Shown here one piece after another: positions 40,906-52,522 of a DNA stretch of 64,000 nucleotides. A model generated the notes under the pieces. It was not told where the DNA came from, ran no database searches, and was given only the letters and a program-made list of their open reading frames with translations. The stretch is from an uncultured Verrucomicrobiae bacterium (GTDB taxonomy: Bacteria > Verrucomicrobiota > Verrucomicrobiia > Chthoniobacterales > Chthoniobacteraceae), in the NCBI GenBank assembly GCA_963828525.1, contig CAWHEP010000004.1:160001-224000 (forward strand). Direction: 5' to 3'. A program made the translations under genes and the position numbers. Every line of letters starts with the position of its first letter. Position 1 is the first letter of the stretch.

Positions 40906-41895
40906 ATGAGCTTTGAACCCAGCCAGAATCGCTATGAAAGACTTCCCTACGCCCGCTGCGGGAAAAGCGGCCTGTTGTTGCCGCGTATATCGCTGGGCCT
41001 TTGGCAGAATTTTGGAGATCAGGCGCCTTTTGCCACGAGCAGAAGCCTCGTTCTCCGCGCTTTCGATCTCGGTATTACCCACTTCGACCTGGCAAATAAT
41101 TACGGACCGCCACCGGGCTCCGCGGAGATCACCTTTGGTCGCATCCTGCGTGAGGATCTCTCCCCCTACCGCGACGAGATCGTTATTTCCACAAAAGCCG
41201 GATACAACATGTGGCCCGGGCCATACGGCGAGTGGGGCTCACGGAAATACCTCCTGAATAGCTTGGAGCAGAGCCTCAAGCGCATGGGGGTTGAGAACGT
41301 GGACATCTTCTACTCGCACCGGCCCGATCCGAATACTCCATTGTCTGAGACATTGGGCGCGCTCGCTCATGCCGTTCGCAGCGGCAAAGCGCTTTACGCT
41401 GGAATCTCGAATTATCCGGCTGATCTCACGCGACAAGCCGCGGCGATCCTGCGGGAAATGGGCGCTCCATGCCTGATTCACCAGCCTCGCTATAATATGT
41501 TTGATCGATGGGTGGAGGGCGGGCTGCTAAAGACGCTGGAAGAGGAGGGGATGGGGTGCATTGCTTTCTCCCCACTGGCGCAAGGTCTTCTGACAAACCG
41601 TTACCTCTCTGGGACACCCTCCGATTCGCGGATCGGACGAGGCAGCATATTCTTAAGCGCCGACAGCCTCACGCCGGAAAAGATCGAAACCGCGCGAAAG
41701 CTGAATGCCATGGCGAAAGCCCGCGGACAGTCCCTCGCCCAAATGGCGGTGACATGGATTCTGCGGCAGCCTCAAATTACCTCGGTGGTCATTGGCGCAA
41801 GCAGGGTCGAGCAGATCGAAGAGCTGTGCGCCAGCGTCTCAACGACGCCGCTCTCAGACAAGGAACTCACAGAAGTCGACACCATTCTTGGGTAG
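40906..41895 (+). CDS. Aldo/keto reductase (L-glyceraldehyde-3-phosphate reductase-like)
   Basis: SLGLWQNFG, FDLANNYGPPPG, STKAGY, YSHRPD, FSPLAQG. Confidence 0.92.
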   Translation: MSFEPSQNRYERLPYARCGKSGLLLPRISLGLWQNFGDQAPFATSRSLVLRAFDLGITHFDLANNYGPPPGSAEITFGRILREDLSPYRDEIVISTKAGYNMWPGPYGEWGSRKYLLNSLEQSLKRMGVENVDIFYSHRPDPNTPLSETLGALAHAVRSGKALYAGISNYPADLTRQAAAILREMGAPCLIHQPRYNMFDRWVEGGLLKTLEEEGMGCIAFSPLAQGLLTNRYLSGTPSDSRIGRGSIFLSADSLTPEKIETARKLNAMAKARGQSLAQMAVTWILRQPQITSVVIGASRVEQIEELCASVSTTPLSDKELTEVDTILG

Positions 41896-41929
41896 CTCAA
41901 CAATTCCCAGATTCTGCAGCGGAGCGCGG

Positions 41930-42598
41930 TTAATCGAACTGCTTCTTAAAAGCGCCAAGTTCCGTGGCCAGCTCATGCAGGGAACGTTTTAGTTCCACCA
42001 ATTCCAATTCAAGTGATTCCACCCTTGAGGCAAGGGGCCGCCTTTCGTTCTCAGGAGAAATCGTGGACATCCCTTTGGAGGCGGGTTCGACGTAGTCACG
42101 TTCCATCGACAGAAGCTCGATGTATCGCCGCTCCTTCTGGCCAGCCCGAGGGGCCATGGCTCGTGCCAGTGGCGGCTCGTCCTTCGCGAGTCCGGCCAGA
42201 CAAGACTCGACGTCATCCAGGCTCGCGAATTCGGCCATCCGCTCGGCGCGCGAGCGCAATTCTCCTGGCGTCTGGGGGCCTCGCAGTAGCAGCGCGCATA
42301 AAATGGCGACCTCCTGACGACCTAAAGTGAGGTGATCCAGCAAATTATGCCTGTGCTTTTGTACGCGCGCTCCGGCTCCAAAGATGACGGTGGCGAGCTT
42401 CTTCTCCCGCAGCGCGGTCACTGCCGCGTCGACTTCTTTTTCTGAATACGAGGAGACAGGATCCCGATTTGTCGTTTGATTGCACGCGGCCGCAAGGCTG
42501 TGCAGGGAAAGCGGGTAGTTCTCCGGAGTAACCCGCTCTTTTTCGATCAACGCGCCTAGCACCCGCGCCTCGACAGGAGTCAAATCAAAGGACAGCAT
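41930..42598 (-). CDS. YceH/DUF480 family protein
   Basis: EARVLGALIEK..TPENYPLS, ACNQTTNRDPV, LRGPQTPGELR. Confidence 0.9.
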   Translation of the reverse strand: MLSFDLTPVEARVLGALIEKERVTPENYPLSLHSLAAACNQTTNRDPVSSYSEKEVDAAVTALREKKLATVIFGAGARVQKHRHNLLDHLTLGRQEVAILCALLLRGPQTPGELRSRAERMAEFASLDDVESCLAGLAKDEPPLARAMAPRAGQKERRYIELLSMERDYVEPASKGMSTISPENERRPLASRVESLELELVELKRSLHELATELGAFKKQFD

Positions 42599-42620
42599 AC
42601 GGGCCGCAGGGCAGGCGCTT

Positions 42621-43496
42621 CTAATACATCATCGTCTCTTCAGGCGGATCGGTGACGGTGACGCTCTGAGCCTTAACCACCGCTAGCGGGCGGCCACCTT
42701 CGATCGGAAATGTGGCCTTGCCGATGACTTTCACCCATGACATCTCGGGGATCTTGTTCTTTGAATCGAACTCGACTACGGCGGCCACCGGGCGGGCATC
42801 GGCGGCGCAGCAGACCATCAGCATGCGAACAACGTTGCAGCGCTTGCCGTTGATGTTGTTTACCGTGTCAGGCATGTATTGCCCGATGAACTCGACGCCC
42901 TTGTTTTCGAAGTCACCGCGGAGGCTCTCATCCTGGGCGGCGTAAAGAAGATCGATAACCTGGACCGTTAGGTTCCCATCCTTGTTTTTCTTCAGGTAAT
43001 CGGAAGGGGTATCGGTTTGTTGAGTTTGAGGGGCGGGCGTTGACCCATCCCGCGTTGGGAGAGGGGGTTCGCTCACGCTGCTGGTGTTAGCAGGATTCGC
43101 GACGGCAATAACCGGCTTTTTCGCCGCGCCGCCAAGCGCCGCCGCGTCGCTGATAATTCCCCGGTTGAGCATCGCGGACGCGCCGTAGCCGCCAGGAGTG
43201 AGAGCAGCCGCGGCGCAGATCGGAAGGAGCAGAATGAGAAACGTGAGAATGCGTCCGACTGTGCCGCGCCCAAGAGTGTGCCCGCAGGAATCATCCGAGC
43301 AGCATTCGGCGGTGGCAGGAACGAAGAGGAAGCAGCCGGCAAGAATCAGCATGACCAACCCGGCGACGAGCGCGAGAGGCCGAAAGAGCGGATGAAGGAA
43401 TGCCTGAATGCGCCCGCTAAAGTAGAAAAACAGAAGGATGAAGCTCCAGAGGAAGAGGGTGACACAAGGAAGCCAGCGTGAGAATGCTGTTTTCAT
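42621..43496 (-). CDS. DUF1980/TIGR03943 permease subunit
   Basis: N-terminal TM segments; RMLMVCCAADA motif. Confidence 0.85.
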   Translation of the reverse strand: MKTAFSRWLPCVTLFLWSFILLFFYFSGRIQAFLHPLFRPLALVAGLVMLILAGCFLFVPATAECCSDDSCGHTLGRGTVGRILTFLILLLPICAAAALTPGGYGASAMLNRGIISDAAALGGAAKKPVIAVANPANTSSVSEPPLPTRDGSTPAPQTQQTDTPSDYLKKNKDGNLTVQVIDLLYAAQDESLRGDFENKGVEFIGQYMPDTVNNINGKRCNVVRMLMVCCAADARPVAAVVEFDSKNKIPEMSWVKVIGKATFPIEGGRPLAVVKAQSVTVTDPPEETMMY

Positions 43497-44461
43497 ATAT
43501 TAAGCGCGGTGAGCCGCAGACAGATTACCGCCGTCGCCACAAAAAGTCCAACGCCCAAGGCGAGAACGAACCAGCGTTTGAAAATAAGCCCATATAGAAA
43601 CAGCAGCTTGATATCGAACATCGCGCCCGAAACAAGGAAGGCGAGCTTTGCCACGAATGGAAAGCTGACAAAGCTAGCCGCGATGAACGCGTCGGACGTG
43701 CTGCACAGGGCGAGGAGAAAGCGAAGAGCCATGAGAGCGGGCGTCGCGAGAAACACATTCGTGGCAAGCGGAAGGATGAACCGTTGATTCACGGCAGTGT
43801 TGAAAATGCTTGTGATTGCCGCGCCCAAGATCAGAAAAAACGCGACATCAAGAAAGTCTGCGGTGGCGGATTGAATTGCGGAGAGCGTCTTTAATCTGAA
43901 GGTTCGCGGCGAGCCGATTGCTTCCAATCCCTGCTCGGAGCCTGGTGCCGCGCTCATGCGGAACGCGGTTCTCTTCTTGCGAGGCGCGAGGCTTTCAAGA
44001 AGTTTTGGATGAAGAATGGCGGCCTGGGATGAAGCCTGCACGATGAACCCGACAGTTACGGAAAGCAGGAAGCCTATCATTAGCCGCAACGAGGTCATCA
44101 CCCAGGGGCTCTGACCGCGGAAGGCCGCAAAGGTGCTGAGCGCGACGATGGGATTCACGATGGGCGCGCTGAGCATGTAAGTGACAGCGCAGGAAACCGG
44201 AAGGCCCTTGCGGATGAAACGGCGCGCGACGACGACACTTCCGCATTCGCACATAGGGAAGATGCTGCCGAGGACGCCGCTGAGCAGGATCGCCATCGCC
44301 CGGCGACCCGGAAGAAATTTCGTGATGGTCTCTGGCGGAACGAAGGCATCGATGATGCCCGAGAGGAGGGAGCCGGCCAGCAGGAAGGGGATTCCCTCGA
44401 ACAGGATGCTCAGGAACGAATAAGCAAAATCCCGGAACTGGAAGTTAAACCAAGATGTCAC
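43493..44461 (-). CDS. DUF318 permease
   Basis: EGIPF, PMCECG, APIVNP, LCSTSDAF. Confidence 0.88.
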   Translation of the reverse strand: MTSWFNFQFRDFAYSFLSILFEGIPFLLAGSLLSGIIDAFVPPETITKFLPGRRAMAILLSGVLGSIFPMCECGSVVVARRFIRKGLPVSCAVTYMLSAPIVNPIVALSTFAAFRGQSPWVMTSLRLMIGFLLSVTVGFIVQASSQAAILHPKLLESLAPRKKRTAFRMSAAPGSEQGLEAIGSPRTFRLKTLSAIQSATADFLDVAFFLILGAAITSIFNTAVNQRFILPLATNVFLATPALMALRFLLALCSTSDAFIAASFVSFPFVAKLAFLVSGAMFDIKLLFLYGLIFKRWFVLALGVGLFVATAVICLRLTALNI

Positions 44462-45930
44462 GGCTCGGTTTCTTCGAGCGGAATGAGAAGGGTTTGCCCT
44501 TGCAAGAGTTCAGGCGCCTGTACGCCGCGCGCGCTCTGATCGACCGGTGTCAGCATGTCGATCTCGATTCCAGATTGGGAAGCATCAAGTTCCTTGAATT
44601 TACGGGCTGTCACCATAACACGGCTTTCCATGGTTCTCACCGCGCTGTTGAAACTGTCTACCGACGCGTTGAGATTGCGTCCAAGTTTGTCGATGTGGCC
44701 ACCGACGTCTGCGAGCCGCTTGTATAGCTCCTGGCCGAGATTGCAGATCTCTTTCGCGTTTTGCGCGAGCCGCTCTTGCCGCCAGCCATAAAAAACAGCC
44801 CGCAATAAAGCTATCAAAGTTGTCGGTGTCGCGAGAATCACGCGCTTGTCTGCCCCGAATTCGATCAAGGATGGATCTCGCTCCAAAGCCGCGCTGAAAA
44901 ACATCTCTCCCGGCAGGAAAAGCACCACGAACTCGGGCGCGGGTTTGAACTGTTCCCAATATGCCTTTCGGGTCAGGGCGTCGATATGCGCCCGGATTTG
45001 AGTGGCGTGCGCGATCATCCTGCGTTCGCGAAACTCTTCATCAGGAGCGTCTATCCCTTCGAGGTAGGCCGACAGCGGAGCCTTTGCATCGACGATGATG
45101 TTCTTTCCACCGGGGAGGCGCACGATCATGTCAGGCCGGAATTTCCCTTCATCCGCAGTCTGCTGTTCGAAAAAATCGCAGTGAGCTACCATGCCGGCGA
45201 TTTCCACAACCCGCCTCAATTGTATCTCGCCCCACCTGCCGCGGACGTTTGGGGCTCGGAGCGCCTTGGACAGGTTTGAGGTTTCGGACCGGAGCACGTT
45301 CTGGGAATCGATGAGCGCCCGCACTTGGGCAGTTAGCGACTGGTACGCCCCCGTTCTGGCCCGCTCCAATTCGCCGATCTTCAGATCCACTTTGTCGAGC
45401 GACTCACGCACGGGGCGGACTAGATCGGTAATGGATTGCTGACGCTTGTCCAAATCGCCCCGCGCTCCCTCCTGAAACTTTTCCAGGGCTGTTTTTGCCA
45501 GATCCAGGAACGACTGGTTGTTCTGGCGGAGAGCCTCCGAAGAAATCGCCCTGAAAGCATCTGACAACGTGACGCGGGCCTCTTCGAGGGCTTGGAGCTT
45601 CTCGGCGGAGCGAGCGCGCTCCCCCGTGAGAGAAGTCTCCGCTGTGGCGGCTCGCAGGGTCAGCAAGGCAATGTCTTTTCGCGCTTCCTCAAGTGCCTGC
45701 TCTTTGTCGCGGAGCGCCTGCTCCGTCTGAGGGACGCGGCAGGCGCGCGCTTCCGCGGCCGCCAGTTTTTCGGCGGCGATTGCCGCTGCCGCGGCTGCGT
45801 CGGCGTCCTTGCGGGATTCAAGTTTTAATAAGGCGAACTGCAGGCGCTGCCGCATAAAGAGAGCGCCTAGCAGGGCACCCGCTAAAAGGCCGCAGAGGGG
45901 AAGTAGGAAAAACAGGGGACTACCCGGCAC
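44458..45930 (-). CDS. rmuC: DNA recombination protein RmuC
   Basis: RGRWGEIQL, RPDMIV, VDAK, FLPGE, ATPTTLIALLR. Confidence 0.93.
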   Translation of the reverse strand: MPGSPLFFLLPLCGLLAGALLGALFMRQRLQFALLKLESRKDADAAAAAAIAAEKLAAAEARACRVPQTEQALRDKEQALEEARKDIALLTLRAATAETSLTGERARSAEKLQALEEARVTLSDAFRAISSEALRQNNQSFLDLAKTALEKFQEGARGDLDKRQQSITDLVRPVRESLDKVDLKIGELERARTGAYQSLTAQVRALIDSQNVLRSETSNLSKALRAPNVRGRWGEIQLRRVVEIAGMVAHCDFFEQQTADEGKFRPDMIVRLPGGKNIIVDAKAPLSAYLEGIDAPDEEFRERRMIAHATQIRAHIDALTRKAYWEQFKPAPEFVVLFLPGEMFFSAALERDPSLIEFGADKRVILATPTTLIALLRAVFYGWRQERLAQNAKEICNLGQELYKRLADVGGHIDKLGRNLNASVDSFNSAVRTMESRVMVTARKFKELDASQSGIEIDMLTPVDQSARGVQAPELLQGQTLLIPLEETEP

Positions 45931-45942
45931 GGCGAGGAGACG

Positions 45943-47342
45943 TCATTGCTGGTAGGAGGTCTCCACCCTCTTTGCCACATCCATGTACCCATAGTCGGAA
46001 TCGTAGATTTCCTTCATGCACTCCAGCGATTTGTCCGCCTTGCCCATCTTCTCGTAAACCAATCCGAGCCGATACGTAACTTCCTTCTTTAGGTCGTCCA
46101 TGGAGCCCATCTCCCCCTTCGCTTCCGTGAATTGCCGCTCGGCCATGTCAAGCATGCCGTTGGAGGTGTAGCACTGGCCCAGAAGATTCATTGCCTTCAG
46201 CCGGACATTCGGACTCTTGCGGGCTTGCTGGAGCTGGGGGATGGCTTCTTTGAAGCGCGAGGCTCCCATCAACTGCTGGCCCAGCTCAAATTTAAAATGA
46301 AGATCTGTGGGATTCCGTTGAACTCGCTTTTCGGCTTCCGAGATCAGCATTTCAGCCCGCTGCAGCTTCAGCGCCGCAAGATCCTGCTCGTATTGAGGTA
46401 TAAGTTCAGGGTCGCTGTCCGTCGGTGGCTCCTTGAGATATTCCTCATAAGAGGCAATGTCCCGTTCAAGGATCTTTACCCTGAGATCCGACACCTTCCT
46501 GGCAAGTGTGGGGTCGGCATTCGACGCGAGGGTGTTCGCATATTCGGTACCACGTGACGGCGGTATCCAAATCACCAAACTGTTCTGACAGCGTCGCGAT
46601 CTTGCGAGCCACGTCGATATTCTGCGGCTCGCGTTGCGCCCTTTCTGATAGTTCCTGAATCTGCTGCTCGAGCGCCTCATCGCTTTTGACTACGCGATTC
46701 TGCTGTTCCAGTGAGACGGCCATCTCCTTGTCCTTGATGAGATCACGATAGTCTTTCGCCGTTTCCCATCCGCCGCTCTTCATGGAATGCCGGGCGGCGG
46801 CATCCTTGCCGCGCTTGCCAGCAATCAGGTCAGCCGGGTTGATGCTGGAAATCCTGGCATAGGTGTCCACTGCCTTTTCGCTGTCGCCCGTTTCGTAATA
46901 GTGTTGCGCGAGTTCATGCAGTATCTTGGTGTCATTGGGATTCCCCTCGGCGAGAGTCTCCAGCGCGAAACCCGCCACTTCGATGAAACCGGCTGCCTTT
47001 GCCGCCTCGTAAAGCAGGTGATTTCCTTGAGAGTTGTAGGGATCGCTTTCCAGGGCCTTCTCCGCCATTTCGATGGCTGCGAGCGGATCCTTTTTAACAA
47101 GACTGCCTCCCTTCAAAGAAGTGGTGGACAGGCCGGACAGGAAACCTTTTTTGCCTTTTGAAGAGGCGACTTCTGAACGGCGGAGCATTTTCCGGCCGTC
47201 GAGGAACTCCGGAGTTTCCTTCAAGACTGCCAGCAGGAGAGAGACAGCGTAGGGGAAATTCCTCAACTCCATCGCGCTGTGCGCTTTCAAAAACAGCGGT
47301 GCGAGCATCAGGCGATAGATCATCTTGAGTCTTGACGGGCAT
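45943..47342 (-). CDS. TPR protein (frameshifts near 47297 and 46540)
   Basis: Helical TPR repeats across ORFs 46466..47323 and 45943..46680. Confidence 0.8.
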
Positions 47343-47516
47343 AGGGGTGCGCTAAAATAGCACCGCGCCTCCCGCTTTTACAATGGCAGATTCTGCGCGT
47401 TTTCGGCGTAATCAGCGCGACCCGGTCCTGTCGAACAATGGCGCCAGCGCGGAGCGAAGGAGCTCGCCAGGCCGCGCTCACACGGCGAGTAACTTTATAG
47501 AATCCCAACCGGCGCG

Positions 47517-47801
47517 TTACGCGGGTTGTCTCCGAAGTTCACGCGCCGCAAGTTCGAACTTTCTCTCGATATCCTCGAAGCGCTTATACCATCCGTTGTT
47601 CACGGCGATGCCATTTAAAGCGCCAAGGGGGGCAAAGAGGCGCTCCAGTTCACGGAACTGTGAAAGGTCGTTCCGCTCGATTCTAGCGAGGTGGGCTGTG
47701 ATGTCGCGGATCGCCTCGTCTCTGGAGCCGTAGCGACACCACGCGACTCGGGTTCCCGGTTTCTGGAGATGCTGGATTACTTCTCCCAGCACCGACGCCA
47801 T
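47517..47801 (-). CDS. Small hypothetical protein
   Basis: 94 aa with an LFAPLGAL...NNGW motif. Confidence 0.55.
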   Translation of the reverse strand: MASVLGEVIQHLQKPGTRVAWCRYGSRDEAIRDITAHLARIERNDLSQFRELERLFAPLGALNGIAVNNGWYKRFEDIERKFELAARELRRQPA

Positions 47802-48070
47802 ACCAGGCGCCTGCCGCAGTCCCCCCTCCGGTCTGCCGGAGAGGCAGCTAGCGCGAGCATGGCGTCTGAATAGAGTCATAGGCAGACGGTGATATTTAAG
47901 GGCACTTCGCGTGTTTTTGGCAACTGCATAATGGTTTGATTCCAGCGTTTTCGGAAGCGCATGCGCACGGCCAGAATCCGAGCGCCATGTGTCATTGGCG
48001 CGCCGTCTCTGTATCTTTTGTGTGAACACCGGCGAAGATGGTGGCGTCCGGCTCCTGACGGCCGGCGAAG

Positions 48071-48781
48071 CTACGGGAAAACTTCGGAAATTTCGAATGG
48101 GGCCGCGACGATCTTTGCCCGACCGTCCTTCAAACTGCTATCGCCCTCTGACTGTTCGATCGCGCTTACGAGCCCGTTGTCGAAAGAGACGGTCAGGTGC
48201 CCGGAAGGAACTTTGACGTAGACGTAGTTATATACCAGGCGGCCAAACGAATCGTAGCTTGGCACCTGTTGGGCGATTTTTTCATACCGGATGTAATCCC
48301 ACGCGTCGGTCCGGCCCTTGGAGTCAAGGCGCGAGATTTTTTTCTGGGGCTTGCCAAGGCTTTGCAGCACCTCGGGCCCCGTCATATTGATGGCGATTTC
48401 GTTCTTTGCTACGAGGGCTGCCACAGCAGCCTGTCGCGTTGCGGTCTTCTTCAAGCCATCCAGGAATTCAGGCTTCAACGGGCTTAACGCGGAAGCGGGC
48501 ACCCAGCCGGCAACCTGCCCCTGCTGAGCCTGTCCCCGAACCCTGTAAACCGGGCCTAGTACCGCGAGCAACTCGACGGCCTGGCCCGCGCGCAGTGTGC
48601 CTAGATAGCGAACAAGTCCCGAATCGTAGTAAATCATCGGCGTCTTCACTACATTGAGACGAACCGGATTCTTTAACACATCCTCAAGATACACGGCGCC
48701 ATCCTCTCGAATGAGTGGACCTGCCTTGCAGGACAGCGCGACGGCGAACGCGACGACAAGGACAAGAAGGCGCAAATTCAC
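48071..48781 (-). CDS. Secreted hypothetical protein (SH3-like plus BamE-like regions)
   Basis: Signal peptide; GWVPASAL; MTGPEVLQSLGKP...WDY. Confidence 0.7.
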   Translation of the reverse strand: MNLRLLVLVVAFAVALSCKAGPLIREDGAVYLEDVLKNPVRLNVVKTPMIYYDSGLVRYLGTLRAGQAVELLAVLGPVYRVRGQAQQGQVAGWVPASALSPLKPEFLDGLKKTATRQAAVAALVAKNEIAINMTGPEVLQSLGKPQKKISRLDSKGRTDAWDYIRYEKIAQQVPSYDSFGRLVYNYVYVKVPSGHLTVSFDNGLVSAIEQSEGDSSLKDGRAKIVAAPFEISEVFP

Positions 48782-48901
48782 GGAGAACCAAGATAGTCCC
48801 GCCGTCCGCCGCGGACAAGCGATTCCGGTTGCTGCGAGCCCCTTGAACTTTAGACATCTTTCTTCGCGACCGCGCACGGAATCCGCTACCATCCTGCGGG
48901 T

Positions 48902-49408
48902 ATGATGAAGCGAGAAAAGAAGTTTTCCTCAGTCCCGCGGAACTGCGCATGTCTCCTAACTTTGCTGCTTGCGGGATGCGCGGGCGTGGGGACTCGCCCG
49001 GTTTCCGTGCCGCAGAATAAAACGACTCAGCTAGCCAGCGACACCTTCCGAATTGAGTATCGGGCGCGCAGCATGAATTCCCGGCTCTCCGCCGAGGACG
49101 CGGTGATGTTCCGCGCGGCGCAGGTGACATCTGATCACAACATGAATTACTTCGCGATCGTTGCGATTGGCGATGATTCTGTTTCTGGTGAGCCTGCGAC
49201 GCAGGGATCGAAGGCTATTCCTGGCAGTGTCTACGGTCTGTTCGGCGTTGGTTCTGGCTCCGCGTCACAAAGTGCCGCCGCGGGTCGCATCGCATACGCG
49301 CGGAAATCCGTGACGATCCGCTGCTTCCAAGCGCCACCAGCTGATCTTGTCTCCTCAAGTGCCATGTTGGTGGAGCAGGACATCAAGAAGAAGTACGGGG
49401 TCCAATAG
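48902..49408 (+). CDS. Lipoprotein
   Basis: LLAGC lipobox; RAAQVT...YFAI. Confidence 0.75.
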   Translation: MMKREKKFSSVPRNCACLLTLLLAGCAGVGTRPVSVPQNKTTQLASDTFRIEYRARSMNSRLSAEDAVMFRAAQVTSDHNMNYFAIVAIGDDSVSGEPATQGSKAIPGSVYGLFGVGSGSASQSAAAGRIAYARKSVTIRCFQAPPADLVSSSAMLVEQDIKKKYGVQ

Positions 49409-49623
49409 GTTCCGGTTCCATGTCTGGCGTGTAAGGGTTTTTGACACGCGGGCACCGTCTATGTCCGGAATTTATACACAATTGCGTAGTCCTTCTTCTA
49501 CGCTGCCTAGGTAAACCACCTAAGGCATGCCGGATGCTAAACAGGGTCTCATCCGCAACAACGTTCCTGAAAGGCTTCCGCAAGAGCGGGTCCACAGGGG
49601 CTACAACTAGAAGAACTCAAAAT

Positions 49624-50301
49624 ATGATATCGCTGGAATCGACCGAACAGACCTTGGACCTTGACACAGCCCCGAAGGAAGTCATCTCCGCGCGCAAAGC
49701 AGAACGCCTGTCACACCACGATGAGGAGCGGACTGGCCCCTCAGATGAGGAGTTGATGGCGGCAGTAGGACGCAGCGACCCCGATGCGCTGGCAGCCCTC
49801 TACGACCGTTATGGAGCCCTGGTCAAATCCGTTGTCATGCGGATCATTCACTCGGAAGCCGACGCTGAAGACCTTCTTCAGGAAATCTTTGTTGAGATTT
49901 GGAATGTGTCCGCAAATTACTGCGCCAGCAAAGGCAAAGTGCTTGGATGGATCATCACCATGTCACGCCGCCGATCGATCGACCGGCTGCGCAAGAAGCA
50001 ATCGTACGCTCGTGTATCCGAGAAACTGCAACTGGAGACAGAGCAGCAACCAGAGGCTTGGGTCACCAATTCGGCGGACGAGGATATCGAGCGCAATGAC
50101 GTAAGGAAAATTCTCTCGGAGGTGCTGTCCACTCTGCCTCCGGCGCAGATGCAGGTGATCGAATTGGCATTCTACCGCGGCATGAGCCAGCGGGAGATTG
50201 CAGCCCATACCAACATACCGTTGGGCACGATCAAGACCCGGATCGAGTTGGGTTTGAAGAAAATTAGCGCGCAGTTGCAGGGGCTCCGCCTCGAATTTTA
50301 G
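49624..50301 (+). CDS. ECF sigma-70 factor
   Basis: LYDRY, AEDLLQE, IDRLR, GMSQREIA...PLGTIKTR. Confidence 0.92.
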   Translation: MISLESTEQTLDLDTAPKEVISARKAERLSHHDEERTGPSDEELMAAVGRSDPDALAALYDRYGALVKSVVMRIIHSEADAEDLLQEIFVEIWNVSANYCASKGKVLGWIITMSRRRSIDRLRKKQSYARVSEKLQLETEQQPEAWVTNSADEDIERNDVRKILSEVLSTLPPAQMQVIELAFYRGMSQREIAAHTNIPLGTIKTRIELGLKKISAQLQGLRLEF

Positions 50302-50499
50302 TTTTCCTTGGGTTGCGGACGAGCGGCGGACCTTCAATGGTCCGCCGCTCTGTGCTTTCTGGATTGCCCACAGGGAAAAACGGCGCAGTGCCGTTTTATT
50401 CGTAACCGTGCCAGTCGGGCGTGGTCTTTCATGTTGCAGGGGATCCTCCCTGCTCCGCGCCGCCTCGCGCGGGCATAAACTCCAAACCCCACGAAAACC

Positions 50500-51012
50500 A
50501 TGACTCGAACAACCGTCGCCCTTCTATACGCAACCCTCGTTGCCGCTACCGTTCTAACAACTACAAGCAGCGCCCAGCCTCGTAGGCGGCCCCAGCCTCT
50601 CACGTCGGGAAGTGACAGCTCCGCGAAACCCGGTGAAGAGCTGCCGGATATTCAGATGGTTCCGGTAGGGATATCTGACAATCAGACACTTCGTATCGTC
50701 GCGCTCAATCTTTCCAAAGACGAGACACCGACCGTCACTGTCAAATTTGTTGATAGCGAGGGGAGCAGCGTTCTGCAGGGGAACGCGGCCACAATCCAGT
50801 CTGGACAGCTAAGTACCACCGACCTTGATCGTGGCGCTGTCAGCGGAACCGGTAGAGTGGAAGTGCGGGCTGTTGTCAGTGTCACTGGCCAGGACGGGCC
50901 TGGCGACCTGCGGCTTTCGTTGGAAGTGTTTAACAACGCCACGGGACAGACCACCGTTCTCTGGACCGGGCGAGCAGGTCCTCCACCGCCTCCAGATCAC
51001 GAAGGTCGCTAA
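50500..51012 (+). CDS. Secreted hypothetical protein
   Basis: Signal peptide and beta-rich domain. Confidence 0.7.
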   Translation: MTRTTVALLYATLVAATVLTTTSSAQPRRRPQPLTSGSDSSAKPGEELPDIQMVPVGISDNQTLRIVALNLSKDETPTVTVKFVDSEGSSVLQGNAATIQSGQLSTTDLDRGAVSGTGRVEVRAVVSVTGQDGPGDLRLSLEVFNNATGQTTVLWTGRAGPPPPPDHEGR

Positions 51013-51034
51013 GTATCTTCTCTGGTGATAACGG

Positions 51035-52470
51035 TCACTGCTTGGGGGATTCATCCGTTTTCGACTGACTGTAAACAACGCGCAAATCCCGCGCGCCGTA
51101 TCTCGCCAGATCAATCCCGTTCACACGGAACACGTATTCGCGAATGAGGGGTAAATAGTAGATGGCGAAATGCTGTTTCAGATAGCTCGCAAGATCTGCC
51201 TGAGTCATCACGCCAGAAAACCTCAGCGTCCCGGCCGTTTTTTCCGGGGGCATCATGCATGTCAGTTGTTCCAATGACCCGACGGCAATGACATTATTGC
51301 CCGGCAAGGATGCTGCCAACGAGATCAGGCTTCGCGTGTTGCGGATGGTGGAAAGCCGCTCGGTGTGATCCTGCAGGATCGCTCCCTTGGCCAGCTTATC
51401 ATTTCTGAAAGTGACGAAAGAACCGACCATAACGAGGGCGCAAAACACCCCGAACGCCCCTCGCGGCGAGGACCCGTGCCAGGATAAGGAACACAAAAGG
51501 GACGACTGGCAGCAAGTAACCGGCCTGGTCGGGAAGCGCTAGAAAGGCCGCAATGTAGATCACCATTATCCCTCCCCACGCGAGCAAATCGCATCCCGAA
51601 GATTCGCTGCCCGGTAGCGTAGTCTTTGGTGGCACAGCCGGTTTGCTTCTCGCCTGACGGATGATAATGGCGCAAACGGCAATTATCAGACCAAGCAACC
51701 CTGGCGACTCCCAGACCTCAACAGTCGCGCGGGGGAGTATCTCTCTCCACCCCGGACGCTCATGGCTGTCGTAGAACGTCAGAAATCCCCGCCCATACCT
51801 TAGAAATACGGGAAGGAAGACGGCGGCGGCTGTCGTCACGCAGCCAAGCCCGAACGAAGCGATACTGGAAATTGGTTTTCGCCTCCCCGGCGCGTTCACA
51901 AGGAGAAGACACAGCGGCAGCGCCATCGCTCCATAAGTGATTCGGCATCCCATGGCGAGACCCAGGAGCAGGCCACCGCGTAAAGCCATCCCTCGTTGAA
52001 CAGCCAGCACGGCTGCGAGGCCGAACGCGAGCCCCCAAACGTAGTCTTTCGAGGTCACGGAACTAACGTAAAACAGTGGCGTGAACGCCAGCGCGGCGGG
52101 CCGCCAGCAGGTAGTTTTTGCAGCCGGACCCGCGCGCGACCAGCGCGAACAAGATCACGGCTGCGGCTCCCATCAACGCGGATGCGCCGTTGAGCACGAC
52201 GGGACCAGCCTTCCACTCTACTAACTCGCTTTTACCCCCCCACAAGGCGGCGCAGATGAACTCCTGCACGGGGTAGCCCGGCAGCCGCGATGCTTCGTAT
52301 CGGTGGGAAAGGGCGATTGTCCGCGCTGCTCTCGCCACTCGCCAGGCATCGATATTCACCCCGTAGCCGGCGTCGAGAAAGGGCAGTCGCGATAGCAGGA
52401 CGAAAACAAAAAGACAGCCCAGGACAAGGTATGGACGGAAAGGGGAGGGCAGAGCCGGATCTTGTTGCAA
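51035..52470 (-). CDS. Polytopic membrane protein, GT-C-like (frameshifts)
   Basis: Three consecutive ORF pieces; SRLPGYP, GCR, YLLP motifs. Confidence 0.65.
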
Positions 52471-52522
52471 CCTTTTGCATTTACATGATGCCCGGTTTTC
52501 GGAGAAGGATTATCGTGGGCCG

